Translations under genes and position numbers: made by a program
Source of the DNA: Cycas panzhihuaensis
Lineage: Eukaryota > Plantae > Cycadophyta
Length of the DNA stretch: 64,000 bases
Assembly: GCA_023213395.1 (NCBI GenBank)
Contig: CM041465.1
Span: 101,439,741-101,503,740, forward strand
Direction of reading: 5' to 3'
Part shown: positions 56,425 through 64,000 of the stretch, piece after piece
How the letters are laid out: each line of letters starts with the position of its first letter
Numbering within the stretch: the stretch's first letter is position 1
The notes under the pieces: model-generated
The model's input: only the letters and a program-made list of their open reading frames with translations
Databases searched by the model: none
What the model was told of the DNA's origin: nothing

Positions 56425-58990
56425 TATTTCCTAGCTTCCAAGAATGGCATTGACATGGTGACATATGTAAGTATAGGTATGCATCTTTATCTCTATCACC
56501 CATCATATTTATTATGTTATTTTGGTTTATGTGATGCATTAGTTGATTAGTAGACATGTGTTACTTCTATATTTGGCTTGCTTATGTCCTATATTATGAT
56601 GATGATGACTAGGACTATGGTCGAATGGCCTTAGAGCCCTCATGTTAGGCTATCGGTTAGAAAAGGGACCTCTCCACATCCCTATAGCTTCCTTTTTTTG
56701 CCCATCCTTATTTATTTGGCCTTGTTTCCCCTTATAACGACTGGTTATTCCTCATCTTAGGTTCCAGGACTAGATTTTGGGAGTTAGAGTGGCCTTAGGA
56801 CAAGGTTTAGGCCTCTTTTTCATAGTCTATTATTGCACCACTACCTTTTTTTATGCAAAAAATGGTACTGTAGAGAAATTCATGGTACCACAGATATAGT
56901 TACGGTACCACAAATTTATTTGTAGTACAACTATTGTGCCACTTAGTCGCATCTCCAATGGCTAGATGGCTCTTTTTATTGCTTTATTTAATGGGTGTCA
57001 GACATCACATTAACCCAGGTCAGCTCATCGTACTCTTGAGAACCTCATTGGACCTCAAATGCCATTTTTTATTTAATTTTTCTTAAGATTTGAATCTCAC
57101 CTCCTTAGTTCATCTATGGTTTAGGGTGGTGGTTTCTCCACATTGTGGGCATGAAACCACCACCCTCTCATATTATTTTCTCCTATAAAATTGCTCAAAT
57201 TTGAGGGTAGGACATCACACATCTTCTATTTTTCTTACAGTAATGAAATACTATGGTAATTCTACCCCAATAATTCTTCCTTTATTCATACAACTTACAT
57301 GATTTGGAGCTAAAGGAGGTAACATTGGGGATCAACCTTAGTGCAAGCAAAGGGGGTATTAGAGAGCTTCTCATTGATCAACCACATTGGATTAGGCATA
57401 CCCCTCTTTTCTTGGTTTACCATTTGTGAGACTCCTCTCACCCTTTCCCTTCATAATTTATTGTTACTATGTTGTATAGGTAGAGTTGTGCAGGTTGGTT
57501 ATTACTCTTTTGTTATGATAGTAAAAGGTAGGGTTAGACTTACTTGATCTCTCTTTCTCTTTTGCCTACACATCTATTAAGTTTTAGGTTTATGTTGGAG
57601 AGGTTTTCCTTAGTACAACTAAGGAAACAACATTTATAGGGGAGGTTATGCCATTCTAAGGCACCTTCCCCTTCCTTGTTTCATGTTTATTTTATTGCCA
57701 TTTCATTATTTGCTATATACGCATACATACATACATGCTTTATGACCATATTGGTTTATTTTCATGCAACTAGATTTGTTGGAGGATTGTATAGTGGCTC
57801 TTTCTCTAGATCTAACTTGCAAGGATACGAGCAGGAGCAAACCTCCACCATTCACATTAGGGTTTAAAGCTAGGGTGTGCCCTAATAAGGTGAGCGCCCC
57901 CATCTTTGGTATCTTTCATTGCTTTATTCTTTTACTTCCTTCTTTCATTGCTTTTTATTTATTGTCTATTCATTTAGGATGGGTAAGTGGAGCCCCTTTA
58001 TTCTATTTTAAGCTGGCAACGTGAGCATTTGAAGAGAAGACAGGAAGAGATAAGGAGGAGTGGAATCACCAACTATCAACTAAATCTGGGTTCACCTCCT
58101 TCCTTTTTCTTATCATTGTTTCATATTTTTGTTGGCATCTTCACTCTACTCCCCATTATAAGAATTCATCCCCTCTTATTGTTTGTTCCATTTTAGTCAT
58201 ATCATCATTAGAAAAGGAAAATAAAGGGATAAAGAAGGGTTTCTTGCATAGTAGAAAATAAAGAGAAATTAATCTATACAAAAGAAGAGTTAGTTTTTTA
58301 TCTTTCTTTTGATTTAGATAAAAAGGGAGATTAGCTTTTTCTCTTTCTATTGATTTAGATAAAAAGGAAGATTAAAAGTAGTGGTGTTTTAGGCTAGGGT
58401 TTCATATAGGGAAAGTTTCCTTACCTTTCCTCCTCTTGCTCCCCCTTAGTTACATCCTTGACTTTTTTCTTTTCCTTATCTATATGTGTGTTTCTTTTAA
58501 CAAAGAAAAGAGGAAAAGTGTTAAAGAAAATGAGAGAGAGGATATTTGCTTGTTTTACCCTTCTTATTTTCTTCTTTTCCTCTTACTTCAATCAATACAA
58601 CAATAATAAAGTCAAACCCTATTTCTTTTGTTTCATTAAGTAGGCTTATGCCCATTTTGTTCCCCCACCTTTTTCTCTCCTCTCTTTTCCTTTTCTTACC
58701 TACCATGTGGGTCCATTATTAGGGGAACTTGCCTAATCATGGTATTGAAGGGAAAGAAGACACATTCAGATTTCCAAACTAGAAACATCGCCATCCCTTT
58801 TTCTCTCTAAAACTCTAAGCAGAGGGAAGGGTATCGTGCCCATACATTCATGAATTTGCACCCATGACGTGCACTAGTGCCCTATGTGGGCCGCCTTGGA
58901 CTTCACTTCACCCCACTCTAGGTCTCACACCCTAGGCCTAGCCTTCCTCAGTGTAGGTTGTCTTAGGTACCCTCAGTAAGAGCAATCTCA
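56425..58990. mobile_element. 2.57-kb insertion, most likely a long solo LTR of another family
   Basis: Splits the LTR starting at 56144. TSD CCTTC at 56420-56424 and 58991-58995. Termini TA...CA, with no retroelement coding motifs seen. Confidence 0.8.
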
Positions 58991-61559
58991 CCTTCTAATA
59001 TACTGACCCTCTAACATGTGGTGAAGGCTCGCCATATGTTTGTTGTAACTTTGATACAATGCTAGAAATTATTTATAAGGGAACACATATATTAATTGAA
59101 AATAATCTCTTAAGATTTATTTCTAGAAATCATAAAAAGTATATATATTTATGACATAAGAGAGTGCCTCATAAAAATATAACTCTTACCAAAACTAGGA
59201 CTTTATGATTTGCTCATTTAAGTACTAAATTGCATGCCTTATAAAATCTCTATTAAACCAACATACAATTCAAATAGCACATAACTCAATAAACTAATAG
59301 ATAATAGAATGAGATATTATTTCTAATAAAAGGTTGAATTAGGCTAAATACCTTAACATTGAGATAAATAAGGGAAATTAAGAGATATTTAGATGAAGGT
59401 AAAGCCTTCCATTACCACTGCTTATTATTAATGATGGTCATGTATTTGTATAGAAAATTTCAACCAAAGGCTATTGTGCTTAGTGACCCTAAAATATTTA
59501 TGTTTAAAAGATATAATTGAACTCTCTAACTTACCTAAAAGAGCAAGATTTCTAAATATTAGAAGAATCCTTTGAAGAATGTATGACTAAGTAAAATTCA
59601 AACTCAAAGTCATTTTAAGTATACTCCACTTTTTTAACAAGCTTTTCTTGAGCTTTTATTCTTTGAGGATGGTTCAAACATATAAGCCTTTATGGATGGG
59701 ATGCATGTGCCCAAAAGTAATTTGTTGCACAAGCCCTAACCTTAATATGCTTGTTTAAGTTAAAGAAGTAGTTTATTCTAACTGTGGCCATTAAGCTTAT
59801 AGATTTGTCGATATATAATATTGAGCTTCCTTATCAAGACCTTGATGAATTGACTTTAATTTTGCAACCTATAAAAATACCTAAGGTTAAATCTATCAAT
59901 TTACCAAAATTAAAGAATATATTAAAGAAAATACAATTAGAGGGAACTAAGTCATCGATAGATTCAAAGAAATCAAGGCTAATGAGTCAAAAGGTTCGTT
60001 AAACAATAAGGAAAAAGTTTTAGAGAAATTTGAGAGAAAGTTGATATAGACTCTAAGTCCTTAGCATGGCAAAAATTAGATTATTATTAATACTATAAGG
60101 AAGAAGGCATAAAATGTTCATACTCATATATGTTTTTGTTAGATATATTGAACACTTTACAAGTTTTACATATGTGTAAGGAGGCTAAAATTTCAGTCCT
60201 ACTTCGACGTGGTTTTCCTCTCTAACTCCCTATGGCGGGATCTAAGGGGGACAACACCCACCTTTGGTAAGGGGCGTGTACAGGGTGAAAAGGGTTAATG
60301 ACATAAGGTCATTACATTAGTTGATTATTTCGAAAAAGGGTCTTAAGTGAACTTTAAATTAGATCACTTAAGTGAAATGCACTTTCATGTGCATTATGTG
60401 TAATTTCATTTCACCTAACCCAAATGCTCCCTCTCTCAATATAAAAGTAAAGCTCAATGGAGGAGATTCATTCTTTACCTCCCCATTTTGTGAGAGCTAC
60501 TTTCTTTCTCTCAAGTCTCTCTTGCTCCCATGTTTGCCTTTGTGTTTAGTGCATGGAGATGAAGGATAGATCCACTCTTTTCATGTGGTATCGAGCTTGC
60601 TTCCTTCATATTCCCCACTTGCACTTGCAATGGAGTCATCACTTCCTTCTCCCCCACAATCCATGTGGTGAAGGAGATTGTGAAAGTGAATTTAGAAATA
60701 TTTTCAAGTTATTATGATAGCATATTTTGTATTGTTTTCCTTTCCTTTCTCTTTTGCAGGTTTGGAAGCATAATACAAGGAGTTGTAAGGCCCAAGGATT
60801 CCAATCATTTGCTGGCCATTCATGCTATCCCATTCTTCTTTTTCTTTTCCTTTTTGTCCATTTAACATGGGGAAATGTCACCAAATTTTCCAAAGATTTA
60901 GAAGAATGATTGTAAGGGATTTTACCCATTTTTAAAGAATTTTGAGCCATTTAAAATATCTATCATTGTATGCTCTCACCTTGCCCATATTGGGATCACG
61001 GTGATCAAAAATGATGGAAATTTCATATGGTATCATGTGTTAATGAGAGATTAGAAAGCTGAAATTTCGCAGAAATTCAATTTGATTACTAAACTTCACA
61101 GTCTGCAAAATCTTCTAGAGATCCAATTGAAGTGGTTCCAATTGTCAAAGCTGGGGCTCGAGTCTACTTTCCAGACAAAAATCAGCACCTAATTTGGATG
61201 CCGTATGAGGAAGTTATTCTGTTTTAGTGAGCGATGAGTTATTTTAGTAAGAATTCGAAAAATATAATTTCCTAACTTATGCGGGGCTGTCAAAAATGTT
61301 CCGAACTCATTTGGACCTGATTCCACTTTCTGAAGATGAAGCTCGAGTCTAGTTTGCAGCACAAAATCAGCACTCCATTTCGACATCGTGGGAGAAAGTT
61401 ATTGTAGATTTAGTGAAGAGTACTTTTTTGTATTAACAAAAAAAAATGAAGAAAATTTCTTCCTTTTATAAGGCTTAAAAGCCCATTGTAAAAGTGAGAA
61501 AAAAAACACCGGATCGAGCAATATCCGTGTCCTCACTCACTTATTGAGCATTGCATTTC

Positions 61560-61648
61560 AGCACTCTAAAATCACTCAAAGCAAGCACTCCAAAGACACT
61601 TCAAGCAAGCACTTCAAGCAAGCACTCCAAAAGCACTCCAAGCAAGCA
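61560..61648. repeat. Short imperfect tandem repeat (CAAGCACT(T/C)CAAG, ~12 bp)
   Basis: About 6-7 adjacent variants. Confidence 0.85.
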
Positions 61649-62303
61649 TTATTTTCGTTAAATGTACGTTTGATGCGATTCGATAATCTTTTCACTCTTC
61701 CTAAAAGGAACGCATCACGCACGCTATTTTCCACCATCTTGTACTGTTCACACACTCGCCAAGGTTGAGATACCTTGGTTGGCGAATCTTGAGTGCCATA
61801 AAGGAGGTGTGGGTTTCAAGTTGGGTCCGACTAAACCTAATATTGGTGAGGTTTGGTTAGCCATACCATCGTGCCTCAATCGGGGATCATCCACGATAAC
61901 CAACCGAAAAGCTGAAACTTTAATACAAGATTAAAATATACCCGATCCAATATCCGTCATAGCCATGGGTATGCATTACCACTCTTTAGAGGAGGTATAT
62001 AGTTGCTCATTGGTGAATGGTGAGGATTGGGAGTACACAGGCTCCGTTGTGACTTGGATTTCATCACCAAGCACGATTGCGGGTATCGCGGGTGAAGGCC
62101 AAATTAATTCTACTAGAAGCCTAGGCATCCTTCAACAACCTCAACTATCGTTGGACACAAGTTAGAGGTTATTGGGTTGATTACGCATCCTACATTCGAG
62201 CTTCAAGTTGTGTAAACCTAATGATGTCAACTTCTACATTGGCCTCTGATCTTGTATATTGATCACTTACTTATTTGTAAAAGTGATCCATAGTGTAATC
62301 ACA

Positions 62304-62431
62304 ATCATAGTGCTTCTCATATTCCTGCTGCGTCAGGTTAATATTTGCCACAAGTGTTAGTGGCCAATTTTTATCATAGTTCTTCTCATATTCCTGCTGC
62401 GTCAGGTTAATATTTGTCACAAGTGTTGGTG
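62304..62431. repeat. 69-bp-period tandem duplication in the Copia leader
   Basis: ATCATAGT(G/T)CTTCTCATATTCCTGCTGCGTCAGGTTAATATTTG(C/T)CACAAGTGTT at 62304 and 62373. Confidence 0.95.
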
Positions 62432-62592
62432 ACTTTTCTCTAAGTTGCTCCCTTCATCTTTGAGCAACCATTCTCACTTCTTCTTCCTTCTTCTACACTA
62501 CTTCATTACATTTCCCATTTGTAAATAGTGATCGGTCATTTATTACCATCACTTTTATAGTCCTTGTTCATTTCTTCCTTCTAAAAGACACA

Positions 62593-64000
62593 ATGTCTTC
62601 ACAATTCAAGCAAAATGTGAACCGCGCATTCTAAAAGGAAAAGAAAATTGGGACATGTGGTTCATGGTGTCGAAAATCTTTGCAAAGTATGAAGGTCTAT
62701 GGAGAGATCACTTACAACCTACACCACTGCATTCTGACTACCACAAGCTGCTTGAGGAGGTGCTCCAACCGCTCCCATCAAGGCAGTAGCTAAACGCCAA
62801 TGGGAACTTGATGATGATAAAATCCGTGCGGGGATATCGCTTGTCACCGATTATTCCTGCATAATCTCATTGATGAAGTACATGATACAAAGATGGAAAG
62901 TTCTTAAAGTTCTTAAGAAGAACTTTGACACTAAATCGAGACTTAGAATTTGTTCACTTAGTCTTTGAAGATGAACAAATTGAAAATGCAAAAGGACATG
63001 CAAGTGAGACAATCAATCTCCTTCGTCGATCAAAGCAAGCCATTGATAAAGATTTTAAAACTCAATGCATTACATGGGCTTTCTTGATTCAGTCATGTCT
63101 CCATATCCCAGATTATAAAAATCTATTTGGGAGTCTTCAATCCAGTGGAACTTTAAAGACCCTAAACTTTGAGGATCTTCGATAAGTTCATTGAATTTGA
63201 TAAGACCTTTGATACCAACTTTGCCACTACATCAGATCCAATTGATGCTACTTTTGAAGTGGAAGAAGATCTTTGTTACACCAAAAATCTAGGTCAATAC
63301 TCTCGTAGAGGTGGTAATTCAGGAAGAGGAAGAGGTAGACAACAAGGACAACGTCCTCTTAGTCAACAGGCTCCTCAATTCCAACAAAAAGCAGTCTCAA
63401 GGCCAAGGGCAAAATAATCAACACGGACCTAGATCCGATGTCGAGACAATCCGGCCACTAATACTTGGACCGGAAATCAAACAATCGTGTGCCAAAGGTG
63501 TAATAGAAGAGGACATTATGCCAAAAATTGCGAGCGCCACCAACAAACAACCAAGTTATCAACAGCGCCATGGTGCACATAATGTTGATAATACTTCTTT
63601 GAAGATGCTTTTGGTGGAGCATGATTTGCTCATGCACACCTTCAAAATTGGGACCACTTCATCAAATGTTGTTGATAGATCCACTAAGTATATTGAGGCT
63701 CATTGTGGCTATGCTTATTCACTTTTGCCTTCACCACTTGGAGTTGCAAATAGTGCTACCTCAAATACTTCATCATGGATCATGGATCTTTGGAGCAACA
63801 CAACACATGACTTGTCATCGCCAGTTCTTTCAAGATTTTGACTCTGAAGTTCGTGGTGTTGTACACATGGCTGACAAATCATCTCAGCCAGTCGAAGGAC
63901 TTGGAACAGTTTGCCTGAAACTCCCAGCCTTCCAGTTTTACACTTGTTGATGTTTTATATATTCACCTCTGAAGCGTAATCGCTCTCCCTGTCCACCCTT
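62593..64000 (+). pseudogene. gag-pol: Copia gag and protease, frameshifted in this sequence
   Basis: ILKGKENWDMWF..YEGLW (gag N-terminus); C..CNRRGHYAKNC knuckle (~63488-63530); SSWIMD/GATQHMT..VVHMADKSSQPVEGLGTVCLKL (protease). Confidence 0.88.

Larger units (their letters stand above)
60146..64000 (+). mobile_element. 5' part of a younger Ty1/Copia element (LTR ~60146-60583, PBS, 2-kb leader, gag-PR), running off the window
   Basis: TTTTCA then TGGTATCGAGC (60586-60596). U3 motif GAGGCTAAAATTT..GTGGTTTTCCTC resembles the Tork-family LTRs. The LTR start is uncertain. Confidence 0.85.

Noticed and set aside
57341-58706. Several short hydrophobic ORFs
   Set aside because: They arise from T/C-rich sequence within the putative solo LTR and show no domain similarity.
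59784-60002. 72-aa ORF in 59040-60140
   Set aside because: No recognisable motif, non-ATG start and no splice context. Possibly an old repeat fragment.
61021-61036. Second LTR end plus PBS (TTTCATATGGTATCA)
   Set aside because: Only 8 bases match the PBS and no LTR-like repeat precedes it within the window.

Overview
AT-rich, CpG-depleted plant nuclear DNA with no intact host gene. The element types suggest a gymnosperm, which is an inference only. Almost the whole window is a nest of decayed retroelements that can be ordered by 5-bp target-site duplications (TSDs). The oldest layer is an L1 LINE (9082-10277 + 42212-~44192). It is interrupted by Copia A (344-9081) and Copia B (10278-42211). 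Copia B holds a ~23-kb Tat-type Gypsy (~16164-39493) that carries an antisense, apparently spliced plant-mobile-domain gene and a stand-alone archaeal-type RNase H. Further right lie a full-length Tnt1/Tork-like Copia (45614-50947), a gag-only Gypsy derivative (51762-59036) and the 5' part of a younger Copia (~60146-64000). Two solo LTRs and three large compound (TA)n arrays (0.5, 3.3 and 2.5 kb) are also present. The most notable observation is that two unrelated gag-only (TR-GAG-like) LTR elements carry mosaics of captured host sequence in their leaders. Element 1419-5745 holds an intron-less antisense 3-ketoacyl-CoA thiolase piece, a decayed tRNA-Thr(AGT) and a Nup98 FG-repeat piece within ~600 bp. 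Element 19374-23318 holds a WUN1/WI12-family piece plus unidentified segments. All protein assignments are manual translations recognised from memory and need database confirmation.
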